IMG/VR virus record: IMGVR_UViG_3300035670_000303
Location: 1 to 51,193 of that record
Origin: a virus
Taxonomy: Duplodnaviria; Caudoviricetes
Strand: one strand, 5' to 3'
DNA length: 51,193 nucleotides
In this document: piece after piece, positions 16,441-26,137 of the stretch
Layout of the letters: every line of letters starts with the position of its first letter
How positions within the stretch are numbered: the stretch's first letter is position 1
Program-made: the position numbers and the translations under genes
Notes under the pieces: model-generated
The model's input: the letters and a program-made list of their open reading frames with translations, nothing else
Database searches by the model: none
What the model was told of the DNA's origin: nothing

Positions 16441-16775
16441 GTACACCACACCGCGCCACACCTGAGCAGTGGGCCAATCAAGAACATTGGGCTAAATGCG
16501 ACGAGGACAGCGCCTGCCTGATTGATCTCCGCGCCCGCGTCGAGGCGCTGGAGGCTGCGGCCAACTTATCAGCCGGCCTTACAAGTTCCAACCATCCGGC
16601 CGCACCAGATAGTTCGCTGGTCAAGAGGGTGCATAGCTGCATCGTGGGCGAGCCACCGTGTGGCCGCATGCGGGCCCGCGCCGCAATCCGCGAGGTGGCG
16701 GCGGCTGCCAGGGGGCTCCGGTTCACGACCGCCAGGGCTCTGATCGACTGGCTGGAGCGGGAGGGATTGCGATGA
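16437..16775 (+). CDS. Hypothetical protein
   Basis: GTGA/ATGA overlaps at both ends. Confidence 0.6.
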   Translation: MSTPHRATPEQWANQEHWAKCDEDSACLIDLRARVEALEAAANLSAGLTSSNHPAAPDSSLVKRVHSCIVGEPPCGRMRARAAIREVAAAARGLRFTTARALIDWLEREGLR

Positions 16776-17008
16776 AGCTATCCACGCTTGATCTCGGCGG
16801 CGGCATGACTGCCAGCGCCCACCGTGGCGGCCCGTCCGGTCGCTACTTCGTTGGCTACTCCAAAGGTGTCAGCTGGCTGTTCTATGACATCGAATCGCTG
16901 CGCCGTTTTCTTCGCCTGCCACCTGGGACACCAAGCCGCCAGGCCTTTGATGAATGGGCGAACAGCCTTGAACCCGACGAGCCGACCACGAATGAAAGCT
17001 CTAATTGA
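16772..17008 (+). CDS. Hypothetical protein
   Basis: ATGA-coupled; MKLSTLDLGGG... Confidence 0.55.
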   Translation: MKLSTLDLGGGMTASAHRGGPSGRYFVGYSKGVSWLFYDIESLRRFLRLPPGTPSRQAFDEWANSLEPDEPTTNESSN

Positions 17009-17732
17009 CACCGAGGTCTATCTGTTCCGCGCTGCTGCAGCGTGCGAAATGGAAGCCGAGTGGGCCCCCGACGACTGGACCTACATCTGCCGCCACGGTG
17101 ACGCGCAGGCCCAGTTCCAAGACCAGATCGCAGAGCTGCTCGACCACCTGCAGGGTCTCCAGCCGGTGCTGGTGTTCTCCGCTGGTGTCAGCTTCCGCTA
17201 TGGCGTCTGGCCCAAGTACAAGGCCAACCGCAAGAAGTACCGCAAGCCCGCCGGCTACCGGCAGCTCAGGCAGTGGGTCGCCCAGGCCGCGCCATCCCGC
17301 GGCTGGCGGGTGGTCGAGCTGCCCGACATCGAAGGCGATGACGTGCTCGGCGTCCTCTACGAGGAAGGCGACGTGATCGTGTCGATCGACAAGGACATGC
17401 TCACCCTGCCCGGCCACCACCTGCGGGACGGGCAGATCATCGAGGTGTCCCGGCACAACGCGGACATGGCCTTCTACACCCAGGCCCTGGTCGGTGACAC
17501 CAGCGACAACTACCCCGGCTGCCCGGGCTGCGGTCCCGTCGCTGCAGAGAAGGCGCTGGCCGGGTGCTCAACTGAACGTGAAATGTGGGCTGCAGTTGTT
17601 GCCGCCTTCGGCAAGAAAGGTCTCGATGAGCGCTATGCCATCCAGCAAGCCCGCTGCGCTCGCATCCTCAGGCCCGGCGAATACGACCTGGACAGTCACA
17701 CTGTCCGCCTATGGGAGCCCCCGGTAGCCTAA
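16992..17732 (+). CDS. 5'-3' exonuclease (T7 gp6-like)
   Basis: ALID, YKANRK, EGDDVLG, SIDKD, GDTSDNYPGCPGCG. Confidence 0.93.
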   Translation: MKALIDTEVYLFRAAAACEMEAEWAPDDWTYICRHGDAQAQFQDQIAELLDHLQGLQPVLVFSAGVSFRYGVWPKYKANRKKYRKPAGYRQLRQWVAQAAPSRGWRVVELPDIEGDDVLGVLYEEGDVIVSIDKDMLTLPGHHLRDGQIIEVSRHNADMAFYTQALVGDTSDNYPGCPGCGPVAAEKALAGCSTEREMWAAVVAAFGKKGLDERYAIQQARCARILRPGEYDLDSHTVRLWEPPVA

Positions 17733-17737
17733 GGAGG

Positions 17738-17753
17738 TCTGCATAGGTGCAGT
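17738..17753. promoter_or_regulatory. TCTGCA-TAGG-TGCAGT palindrome at the start of the structural operon
   Basis: 7 nt after TAGCCT (-10-like); overlaps GTG 17752. Confidence 0.65.
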
Positions 17754-17919
17754 GTTCCCACTCGTCAGCGACGAATTGATCGCCAGGCTGGAGGCCACCT
17801 TCGGCCAAAAGCCCGATCGCTCGATGAGCCATCGGGAGATTGATCACTGGATCGGCGAGCAGAGCGTGGTGGACTGCATCAAGCGCTGGCACGCCGAGCA
17901 GCAGGGAGGGCTGGGCTGA
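17752..17919 (+). CDS. Small protein opening the structural operon (55 aa)
   Basis: MFPLVSDELIARLEATF...GEQSVVDCIK; TGATG overlap with next ORF. Confidence 0.65.
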   Translation: MFPLVSDELIARLEATFGQKPDRSMSHREIDHWIGEQSVVDCIKRWHAEQQGGLG

Positions 17920-18320
17920 TGTGCGTTGGCGGCTCCGCCCCCAGGGCCACGATCACCGTTCCCAACTACGACCGTTACGACCGGATGCTCGATCGGCAGA
18001 TCGAACTCACCCAGTCCGTCCAGAACACCAAGACGCTGGCGAAGCAGGAGAAGCTGAACTTCGCCATCGCCCAGCAGCAGGGGGCGCTGGCCAACCTGCT
18101 GAGCGTGCAGGAGGCCCGGGCCAATGCGACCGCTGCCGACGCGCAGCGCATGGCTGCACTGATTGGCACGCCGCCGCCCGAGCCGACAGCCGAGGCGCCC
18201 GTCATTGGCGACAGCCGCAAGGGAATGAGCCAGGCAGAGGGCAAGCGCACGCTGCGGATTGACCGCAGGTCCCGCTCCTCCAGCGCTTCTGGCGCTGGCC
18301 TCAACATCGCTCGGTATTGA
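17919..18320 (+). CDS. Small virion protein (gp6.7/7.3 position), paralogue 1
   Basis: MCVGGSAP...GLNIARY; upstream of portal. Confidence 0.7.
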   Translation: MCVGGSAPRATITVPNYDRYDRMLDRQIELTQSVQNTKTLAKQEKLNFAIAQQQGALANLLSVQEARANATAADAQRMAALIGTPPPEPTAEAPVIGDSRKGMSQAEGKRTLRIDRRSRSSSASGAGLNIARY

Positions 18321-18322
18321 CC

Positions 18323-18706
18323 ATGTGCACCGGATCCAGCCCAAGCCGCCCGAAGATCAAGGAGGTGGGGCCAAGCAAGAAGGAGATGCGGAAGCAGAAG
18401 AAGGAGATCCGCGGGTTGAAAGCGGAGATCCGCGACACCCAAAAGGATTTCCGCCAGCAGCTCCAGGCCCAGATTGATGCGGCCAACCTCGCCGCCGAAG
18501 AAGCCGCAGCCGAGGCCGCTGCGCAGATGGCCGCAATGGAGCTGGCCAACTCCCAGCCCGTCTACACGGTCGAGACCGCCCAGCAGGAAGCTGTCTCGCC
18601 CCAGGTCACCCAGCCCACCCAGCCGCAGCAGCCGATCCGCACCACCGGCAGCCTGACGATCGGGGCCCGCCGCGCTCCGGCCACTGGCCTGAACATCGGC
18701 CGATGA
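18323..18706 (+). CDS. Small virion protein (gp6.7/7.3 position), paralogue 2
   Basis: MCTGSSP...GLNIGR. Confidence 0.7.
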   Translation: MCTGSSPSRPKIKEVGPSKKEMRKQKKEIRGLKAEIRDTQKDFRQQLQAQIDAANLAAEEAAAEAAAQMAAMELANSQPVYTVETAQQEAVSPQVTQPTQPQQPIRTTGSLTIGARRAPATGLNIGR

Positions 18707-20340
18707 CTGCAGAAGCCCGCTACAAAAAACTCGAACCAGCTCGCAACCACTGGATCGACCGTGGCCGCGAGGCGGCGGCATTGACCCTGCCATGGCTGCT
18801 GCCATTCGACGGGGATCCGGAACCCCAGGCGCTGGAGAAGATCACCCATCCGTGGGACGGCATCGGCCAGCGGGGCGTCCACAACATCGCCAGCCGGCTG
18901 CTGCTGGCGCTGCTGCCACCCACTGAGACGTTCTTCCGGTTCGTCCACGACGACATGGAGTTTGCCCGGCAGCAGGCCCAGCTGGCAGCAGAGGGGATGC
19001 CGCCTGATCGAATCGCTGAACTCAAGACCCAGATCGACAAGACCCTGGGGCTGATGGAACGGGCGGTGCTGCGCAGCATCGAGACCAGCAACGACCGCAC
19101 CGCGCTGCATGAAGCGCTGCTGCACCTGATCGTGGCCGGCAACTGCATGGCCTATGTCCCCGAGGACGGCTGCAAGGTGTTCAACCTCTACCGCTATGTC
19201 CTGCGGCGTGACCCGATGGGCAAGCCGCTGGAGGCGATCGCCTGCGAGCGGATCCCGGCAGACGAGCTGCCCGAGGCGGCCCGCACCATCCTCGACCAGG
19301 CCGAGCCGATGGACGCCAGCTACGAGGAGCTCCCCGGCGGCGGGCAGGAAAAGCAGCCTGACGAGCGGATGGTGAAGGTCTACACCCACATCTGCTGGGA
19401 GAAGGACAAGTGCCGCTGGTATCAGGAGATCAAGGGCCGGCGCATCGAGGGCAGCGAAGGCAGTTCGCCCCGTGACGTGGCGCCCTGGATTCCGCTCCGC
19501 ATGTTCCGCATCGACGCGGAGGACTACAGCCCTGGCTATGTCGAGGCCGCGTGCATGGCCGACCTGCAGACCGCGAACGCCCTCACCCGGGCCCTGACCG
19601 AGGGTGCGCTGGTGAGCGCCATCTGCAAGTTCCTGGCCAAGCCCGGCGCTGCCGTCACCGCCAAGCAGTTCAACGAGGCCGCCAACGGCGCTTGCCTCAC
19701 CGGCAACCCGGAGGACATCACCGCCGTACAGGTGGGGAAGGGCAGCGACCTGGCCGTGGCCGAGCAGCGGTTGCAGCGGGTGCAGGCCCGGCTGGCTACT
19801 GCCTTCATGCTGAGCGACATCCGCGACAGCGAGCGCACCACCGCCGAGGAGGTGCGGCTGCAGGCCCAGCAGATCGAGAACAGCCTGGGCAGCGTCTACT
19901 CGATCCTCACGACCGAGTTCCAGTACCCCTACATCAGCCGCAAGCTGCACCTGCTCACCAAGGCCGGGGGCCTGCCGCCGCTGCCGGATGACTCGATCAA
20001 GCCGGTGGTGAGCGTGGGCCTGGCAGCCGTGGGTCGGGGTAACGATCTGGAGCGGCACGCCCGCTTCATGCAGATCCTGCAGCAGACGATCACCCCGGAA
20101 GGCACGCTGCAATACCTGATGCCCACCGAGCTGATCAGCCGGCTGGCGGCAGCCATGGGAATCGACACCGTGGGCCTGATCAAGACCCAGGAGCAGATCG
20201 CCGAAGAGCAGGCCGCCCAGCAGCGGGCCGCCCAGCAGCAAGCGCTGCTGCAATCGCCAGTGGCGGATCCGCAGAAGCTGGCCACCGCCGCGGCCACCGT
20301 TCAGGACATGCAACAACCCACTGAGGAGCCCGCCCAATGA
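18703..20340 (+). CDS. Portal / head-tail connector (gp8)
   Basis: W.GIGQRGVHNIASRLLLALLPP, HLIVAGN, RDSERTTAEEVR, GLAAVGRGND. Confidence 0.96.
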   Translation: MTAEARYKKLEPARNHWIDRGREAAALTLPWLLPFDGDPEPQALEKITHPWDGIGQRGVHNIASRLLLALLPPTETFFRFVHDDMEFARQQAQLAAEGMPPDRIAELKTQIDKTLGLMERAVLRSIETSNDRTALHEALLHLIVAGNCMAYVPEDGCKVFNLYRYVLRRDPMGKPLEAIACERIPADELPEAARTILDQAEPMDASYEELPGGGQEKQPDERMVKVYTHICWEKDKCRWYQEIKGRRIEGSEGSSPRDVAPWIPLRMFRIDAEDYSPGYVEAACMADLQTANALTRALTEGALVSAICKFLAKPGAAVTAKQFNEAANGACLTGNPEDITAVQVGKGSDLAVAEQRLQRVQARLATAFMLSDIRDSERTTAEEVRLQAQQIENSLGSVYSILTTEFQYPYISRKLHLLTKAGGLPPLPDDSIKPVVSVGLAAVGRGNDLERHARFMQILQQTITPEGTLQYLMPTELISRLAAAMGIDTVGLIKTQEQIAEEQAAQQRAAQQQALLQSPVADPQKLATAAATVQDMQQPTEEPAQ

Positions 20341-21311
20341 CCGCCACCCCGATCCAACCCACCCCCGACCAGCTGGCCCTGGCCGGCCCTGGCTACGACA
20401 AGGACGCACTGGCTGGCTTCCTGCAGGAGATCGCCGAGGAGGACCAGGCTCTCGCCGCCGGTACGCTGGAGCCGCCCGCCCCGGTCGCGGCACCTGACTT
20501 CGCCACCCTGGAGGTGCAGGGCGACGAGGTGGAGGCCGAGCAGGAGCAGGGCGAACAGCGGCCCCTGGCCGGGAAGTTCAAGTCCCCCGAGGATCTGGAG
20601 AAGGCCTACCTGGAGCTCCAGAAGAAGCTGGGGCAACGGGCTGATTCAACCGTCAAGGATTCCTTGACAGCTGAGCCTGAGCCCATCGAGGTGAAGCCGC
20701 TCACCCGCGAAGAGTCGGTGGAGGCCTGGGGCGAGTCTGTCGTGACCGCCGCCGAGCAGGAAGGGATCGACCTGCAGGAATGGTGCAATGACCTCTACGC
20801 CGGCAAGGACACCAGCGAACGCCGCGGCAAGCTGGCGGCAGCGCTGGGCCTGCCCGAGACGCTGATCGAGCGCTACGAGGCCGGCTCCCTGGCTGCCGTG
20901 GCGCCCAAGGAGCAGGCGGCTGCTGGCCTGAGCGACGAGGACGTGGCCTCGATCCGCGCCATGGCTGGCGGTGATGCCAAGTTTGCCGAGCTCAGCCAGT
21001 GGGCTCTGGCCAATCTCACCGAGGCCGAGCTGGCGGATTACAACGATGCGGTCAACACTGGCAACCCGGCTGCCGCCCGCGCTGCTGTCCGCTGGCTGCA
21101 GAGCAAGGCCGCCACGGCGGATAAGGAGCCGGCCCTGGTGATGGCCAGCGGCGGCACCGCCAACCCTGCCCTGGATGTGTTCGAGACCGAGGAGGAAGCG
21201 ATGGAGGCCAAGCAGGTGCTCACCAAAGGCGGCAAGCAGCGCTACTTGGTGGACGAGAAGTACCGCCGCTACATCGACGCCAAGTTTGCACGGTCTCCGA
21301 TCTTCCTGTAG
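20337..21311 (+). CDS. Capsid assembly scaffolding protein (gp9)
   Basis: LAGKFKSPEDLEKAYLELQKKLG; GG...F..L..WA..NL; position. Confidence 0.9.
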   Translation: MTATPIQPTPDQLALAGPGYDKDALAGFLQEIAEEDQALAAGTLEPPAPVAAPDFATLEVQGDEVEAEQEQGEQRPLAGKFKSPEDLEKAYLELQKKLGQRADSTVKDSLTAEPEPIEVKPLTREESVEAWGESVVTAAEQEGIDLQEWCNDLYAGKDTSERRGKLAAALGLPETLIERYEAGSLAAVAPKEQAAAGLSDEDVASIRAMAGGDAKFAELSQWALANLTEAELADYNDAVNTGNPAAARAAVRWLQSKAATADKEPALVMASGGTANPALDVFETEEEAMEAKQVLTKGGKQRYLVDEKYRRYIDAKFARSPIFL

Positions 21312-21329
21312 AAGGTGTGCATGAGTACG

Positions 21330-21345
21330 TCTGCACTCACGCAGA
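21330..21345. promoter_or_regulatory. TCTGCA-CTCA-CGCAGA palindrome upstream of capsid gene
   Basis: Same motif family; CCTAGG at 21357. Confidence 0.6.
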
Positions 21346-21418
21346 GCACAGGCCGGCCTAGGCCGACACCCTGATCGCAAAACCGTAGAGGTGGCAGAGG
21401 CTCACAGCAAACCTTGCA

Positions 21419-22453
21419 GTGACGCTTATCACGCCATCGCGGCTTGGCCAAATCAAAGGCAATGCCGCAGACAACTACGCCCTGTTCCTGAAACTGGGCA
21501 TGTCGGAGGTATTGACCGCCTTCGATCGCAAAACCGTTTTCACCGGCCGAGTCAAAGAGCGCTCCATTCGGGGTGGTCAAAGTGCTCGGTTCAAGGTGAC
21601 TGGCCGGCGCATCGCTGGGTATCACACCCCTGGCACGCCGATCACCAACGTCCCCACGGACGGCAACAACCCCAACCCCAGCAACGCACCTTCGGATCGC
21701 AACGAGGAGATCATCAATCTCGATGGTCTGCTGGTGGCGCCCGACACCGTGTACGACCTGGACGACCTCATGGAGGACGTGCAGTATCGGCAGGACATGA
21801 TGCACCAGCTGGGTGAGGCCCTGGCCCGCGAGAAGGATGCCCGGATTGCCCGGGTGCTCTATGCCGCGGCCAAGCGCAGCACCGAGCCGCTGAACAAGGC
21901 CAGCAATGCCGGCCGCACCGGCACCGCCCGGACCCTCAGCGCCGGTTATGCCACCGCCTCGAAGCAGGCCAAGGGCGATGAGCTCGCTTCTGTCATCGGT
22001 GACATCAAGGTCGCCATGCAAAAGAAGGATGTCCCCACGGATGACCTTGTGGTTGTCGTGCCTCCCGATGAGTACGACTTCCTCAACGAAGGCAGCAAGG
22101 TGATCAATGCCGATTTCAACCAGGGGTCGGCCAATGGCACCTATGGCGGCGGCACCATCGGCCGGGTGAAGGGTCTCCCGATTATGTGGTCTAACCATGT
22201 GACCCAGGCGGCCTACACCAACACCGCCTTCGATCGCAACGCGGCCTACCAGCAGAACCTGTCCAAGTGCCGGGCTCTGATCTTCCACAAGGACGCGATC
22301 GGTGTGCTCACCCTGCGCCGCCCGCAGCTGCAGATGACCGCCCCCGGCGGGGACTACAACGTGGTCTACCAATCGCAGCTGTTTGTGGCCCGCATGGCCA
22401 TCGGCATGGGGATTCTCCGCGCCGAGTGTGCCGCCGTGATCGAAGTCCCCTAG
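21419..22453 (+). CDS. Major capsid protein (gp10)
   Basis: ALFLK...EVLTAF, RSIRGGQSARF..TGR..A.YHTPG, GEALA, G.GILRAECA. Confidence 0.96.
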   Translation: MTLITPSRLGQIKGNAADNYALFLKLGMSEVLTAFDRKTVFTGRVKERSIRGGQSARFKVTGRRIAGYHTPGTPITNVPTDGNNPNPSNAPSDRNEEIINLDGLLVAPDTVYDLDDLMEDVQYRQDMMHQLGEALAREKDARIARVLYAAAKRSTEPLNKASNAGRTGTARTLSAGYATASKQAKGDELASVIGDIKVAMQKKDVPTDDLVVVVPPDEYDFLNEGSKVINADFNQGSANGTYGGGTIGRVKGLPIMWSNHVTQAAYTNTAFDRNAAYQQNLSKCRALIFHKDAIGVLTLRRPQLQMTAPGGDYNVVYQSQLFVARMAIGMGILRAECAAVIEVP

Positions 22454-22480
22454 CCTGGGTAGGGACAACGGAGGCTTCTG

Positions 22481-22508
22481 CCCCACCTGCTCCTGGGTGG
22501 GGCTTTTT
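22481..22508 (+). terminator. Intrinsic terminator after capsid gene (T-phi position)
   Basis: GCCCCACCT-GCTCCT-GGGTGGGGC followed by TTTTT. Confidence 0.85.
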
Positions 22509-22548
22509 CATGGCTGCCGATAGCATTGGTCTGCACCGTCGCAGCGGT

Positions 22549-23190
22549 ATGGGGCTGACCAACCAATCGGCGACGCCGGGCCGCACCAGCCTGCTCGATG
22601 CGGTGAACATCCTGCTGGCCAACATCGGCGAGCAGCCAGTCAGCACGCTGGAGGACCAGCAGGTACTGGAAGCCCGCAACGCCGAGGACACGGTGCTGGA
22701 GTTCCACAAGGAAGGGCAGACCCGTGGCTGGAGCTGGAACACCGAGCGGGACTATCCCTTCACCCGAAACGACGCCGGCGAGATTTCGGTCCCGGCTAAC
22801 GCCATCAGCTGGCAGCCAGACCCCTACCAGTTTCAGCACCGTTACCAGCTGCGTGGCCAGCGGGTCTACGACAAGTGGCGCCACACCTACCTGATCGAGG
22901 AGAAGGAGCTGCTGGCAGACGTGGTGTGGCTGCTGCCCTGGGATGAGTGCCCCGAGGCCTACAACCGCTGGAGCCTGATCCGCTCTGCCCGCGTGTTCAG
23001 CGCACGGACGGTCGGCGACATGGCCAGCGTGCAGTACACCCAGGTCGATGAACAGCAGGCGCTGATCGAGCTGCTGCGGGTGGAGAACACCCAGGAGGCG
23101 CCCAACATGATCACGGGCCGGCGGCGCTTCCCAACCTTCCAGCCAGCTGAGGGGCTGACCGACCGCCTGATGGGGGGTGTGTTCTTGTGA
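22549..23190 (+). CDS. Tail tubular protein A (gp11)
   Basis: LDAVNILLANIGEQPVSTL, GWSWNTE; palindrome 22530-22545 just upstream. Confidence 0.92.
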   Translation: MGLTNQSATPGRTSLLDAVNILLANIGEQPVSTLEDQQVLEARNAEDTVLEFHKEGQTRGWSWNTERDYPFTRNDAGEISVPANAISWQPDPYQFQHRYQLRGQRVYDKWRHTYLIEEKELLADVVWLLPWDECPEAYNRWSLIRSARVFSARTVGDMASVQYTQVDEQQALIELLRVENTQEAPNMITGRRRFPTFQPAEGLTDRLMGGVFL

Positions 23191-25691
23191 GCCTGGTTAG
23201 CTACATGATCCCCAACCTGATCCAGGGGATCAGTCAGCAGCCGGATGCTCTGCGCGACCCGACCCAGGGCGAAGTGCAGGTGAATGGCATGAGCTCCCTG
23301 GTTGATGGCCTGCGCAAGCGAGAGGGCACCCAGGTCATCGCCAAGGTGTCCAATGACACGCTCGGCAATGTCGCGCTGCACCAGATCCAGCGCGACGCCG
23401 AGGAGCAGTACTTGGTGGTGATCGCCAGGAATGACATCAAGGTGTTCGAGCTGCTCACCGGGGTTGAGCGCTCGGTGTCGGCGCCCGATGGCTACGGCTA
23501 CCTGGCCGGCGGGGGCAACCCACGGCTGGATGTCCGCGCCGCCACGATCGCGGACTACACCTTCATCAGCAACACCAAGCGGCTGCCCGCGATGGCGGCG
23601 GCCACCGCACCAGCGGACCCAAGGCCGCTGCCGCATGAGTGCCTGGTGTGGGTCAAGGCCGCCAACTATGGCCAGACCTACAGGGTCAACCTCAACGGCA
23701 CCGAGGTCACGGTCCAGACCGCCATTCAGCCAGTGGTGGTGGATGACGGCACTGTGACCGAGAACAGGATCTCAGCGGCCGAGATTGCAAGCCAGCTGCG
23801 CACTGCGCTGGCTGGCGTTGCCGGGGTCACCATCACCAGGAGCGGGTCGGTGTTGTGGCTGCGGAGCAGCAGCGCCATCACGATCGAGGCGACCGACGCC
23901 CGTGCCAACGCTGACATCGCGGCGATCACTGGCTCTGTCCAGTCGTTCACCGAGCTGCCGACCGCTGCCCCGAGTGGCTATCAGGTGAAGATCGAGGGCA
24001 GCCCCAGCAACAGGTTCGACAACTACTACGTCCGCTTCGTCCCCGGCGAGGGCGCCGGCGCCTTTGGCGAAGGCGTGTGGGAAGAGACCGTGGCGCCAGG
24101 GACCCAGTTCAGGATCGACGCGGCAACCATGCCCCACCTGCTGGTGCGGCTGCCCAACCGCAGCTTCTGGTTTGGCCCAGCAGATGGCCGGACGGTCAGC
24201 GGGGTCAAGATCCCCAAGTGGGGCGAGAGGGGCGCCGGAGACCTGGACACGTCGCCAGACCCGTCATTCATCGGGCACCCGATTCAGGACGTGTTTGTGT
24301 TCAAGAACCGGATGGGTTTCTTGGCCGATGAAAATATCATCCTCAGCCGCACAAGGGACTTCTTCGAGTTCTTCCCAGAGACCGCTACTGCCGTTCTCGA
24401 CACTGACCCAATCGACCTGACGGCGACCAACCCGCGTGTGGCGCTGCTGCGTTATGCCATTCCGTACCAGGATGAGCTGATTGTTTTCGCGGATCAGATC
24501 CAGTTTCGGTTCAATTCCGCAAACGCTTCGCTGACGCCATCGACTGCGCAGATCACGCTGCTCACCCAATACGAGATCGACCCAAACGTCAGGCCGATAC
24601 AGGCCGCTGGCTCGATTGTGTTTTGCCAGACCAACGGCGAGTGGTCGCAGTTTCAGGAGTTCAGCATCCGAGGCGCGGGGACAGCGCTGGTGGCTGATGC
24701 GTCCGACCTGACGACGTATGTAAGCAGCTACATCCCGAACCAAGTCACAAGGCTTTCGGCCAACGATATTGGCTATTCCTGGTTTGCGATTTCGGACAAG
24801 CCTGGCTATCGCAATCGCATCTATGTCTTTAAGTATTTCAATCGCAGCACGGCGGAAGGGGTGCGGAGGGAGCAAAGCAGCTGGAGCTACTGGCAGCTGA
24901 ACGGTGCCGGCCGGATTCTGCAGATCGTCTGCGTGCAAGAAGTTCTCTACGTCCTTGCTCAGTACGGCAGTGGGGTGTGGCTGGAGAAGATGTCGGTCAC
25001 CGACAAGATGAGCGAGCCGGCGGGCAGGGTGCTGCCGCTGCTCGACCGGCTGGTCAGCACCACGACGGACACGCCGCAGGCCATGCGCGTTGCCGATGGC
25101 ACCTACGACCTGGCGACGGACACCACGGCTTGGCAGCTGCCGTTCCCGGTTGAGGCCCGCACTGTTGCCGCCAGGGCCGGCCTGGCGCAGGGGCAAGGCG
25201 TCAGCGCAGTGTTGGGCGAGACCAGCGATGGCCGGCGCATCAGTGCAAGGGGCGACTGGCGGGGCAAGGCCGTCTATTTCGGCGAGGCCTACGAGTTCCT
25301 CTACCGCTTCACTCGCTTCAAGCTCTACCGGGATGCCGGCGATGGCCGCGTGCCGGGGAACGTGGAGCGGGTGCAGGTCCGCCATGCCCGCGTCCGCTAC
25401 CACGGCTCCCTCTATTTCGAGGCGCACGTCATGGCAGAGCGCCGCAGGGCCGCGGTCTACACCTTCACCGGCAAAACCTTGGATGTCCGCGGCTCTGTCG
25501 TTGGCGATGAAGCCTTCCCCAATTCCGAGCCGCGGCCTCGCCGCTATCTCGATGGCGTGTTCACGATCCCCATTCAGTCGAGGGGCGACACCTGCATCGT
25601 TGAGCTGCGCAGCAGCAGCCCAGACCCCTGCCAGTTCACGACCTGCGAATGGGTGGGCCTGGCGTTCAGCAAGGCGAGGGCAATGCGATGA
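23187..25691 (+). CDS. Tail tubular protein B (gp12)
   Basis: IPNLIQGISQQPD, GLRKREG, TMPHLLVR, PSFIG..I.DVF.FKNRMGFL, QSSWSYW. Confidence 0.95.
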   Translation: MSLVSYMIPNLIQGISQQPDALRDPTQGEVQVNGMSSLVDGLRKREGTQVIAKVSNDTLGNVALHQIQRDAEEQYLVVIARNDIKVFELLTGVERSVSAPDGYGYLAGGGNPRLDVRAATIADYTFISNTKRLPAMAAATAPADPRPLPHECLVWVKAANYGQTYRVNLNGTEVTVQTAIQPVVVDDGTVTENRISAAEIASQLRTALAGVAGVTITRSGSVLWLRSSSAITIEATDARANADIAAITGSVQSFTELPTAAPSGYQVKIEGSPSNRFDNYYVRFVPGEGAGAFGEGVWEETVAPGTQFRIDAATMPHLLVRLPNRSFWFGPADGRTVSGVKIPKWGERGAGDLDTSPDPSFIGHPIQDVFVFKNRMGFLADENIILSRTRDFFEFFPETATAVLDTDPIDLTATNPRVALLRYAIPYQDELIVFADQIQFRFNSANASLTPSTAQITLLTQYEIDPNVRPIQAAGSIVFCQTNGEWSQFQEFSIRGAGTALVADASDLTTYVSSYIPNQVTRLSANDIGYSWFAISDKPGYRNRIYVFKYFNRSTAEGVRREQSSWSYWQLNGAGRILQIVCVQEVLYVLAQYGSGVWLEKMSVTDKMSEPAGRVLPLLDRLVSTTTDTPQAMRVADGTYDLATDTTAWQLPFPVEARTVAARAGLAQGQGVSAVLGETSDGRRISARGDWRGKAVYFGEAYEFLYRFTRFKLYRDAGDGRVPGNVERVQVRHARVRYHGSLYFEAHVMAERRRAAVYTFTGKTLDVRGSVVGDEAFPNSEPRPRRYLDGVFTIPIQSRGDTCIVELRSSSPDPCQFTTCEWVGLAFSKARAMR

Positions 25692-26137
25692 GGTGGGCGC
25701 CGCCGACCAAGGATCGGGTGCTGCATGTGGCCCGCCACCTGCGCAGGCAGGATGCAGTCGAAGTGTTCTGCAGTGATGGGTTGCAACCAGCAGAAGCGGT
25801 AATCCTCAGCTGGAAAAACTCCCCCGACTGCCGTTGCATAGAGGGAGATATTGGAGAGCCAGTGGGCCTGTGTGGCATTGCGCCAAGGGGGAGGATCTGG
25901 ATGCTGGCCACCGATGGCCTGCTGGCCACACCGTCCCATCGCCGGCAGTTCGCCAGGGGTGCAAAGCTCTGGGTGGATGGGCTGGTTGCTGAGGGTGCTG
26001 GGCCGCTGTGGAACCTGGCGCTGTCCAGCAACGTGATCACCCTGCGGTGGCTGCGGTCGCTGGGGTTTGAGCTCAGCACGCCCGAGCCCCATGGGCCCTG
26101 CGGGCAGCTGTTCACCTTCTTCGAGAGGAGGGCCTGA
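25688..26137 (+). CDS. gp13-like protein (acetyltransferase-like fold)
   Basis: LRRQDAVEV, IWMLAT, LWN....N..TLRWLRSLGF. Confidence 0.8.
   Translation: MRWAPPTKDRVLHVARHLRRQDAVEVFCSDGLQPAEAVILSWKNSPDCRCIEGDIGEPVGLCGIAPRGRIWMLATDGLLATPSHRRQFARGAKLWVDGLVAEGAGPLWNLALSSNVITLRWLRSLGFELSTPEPHGPCGQLFTFFERRA

Noticed and set aside
22420-22548. T7-style 10A/10B capsid frameshift extension
   Set aside because: No evident slippery site; a terminator follows within 30 nt of the stop
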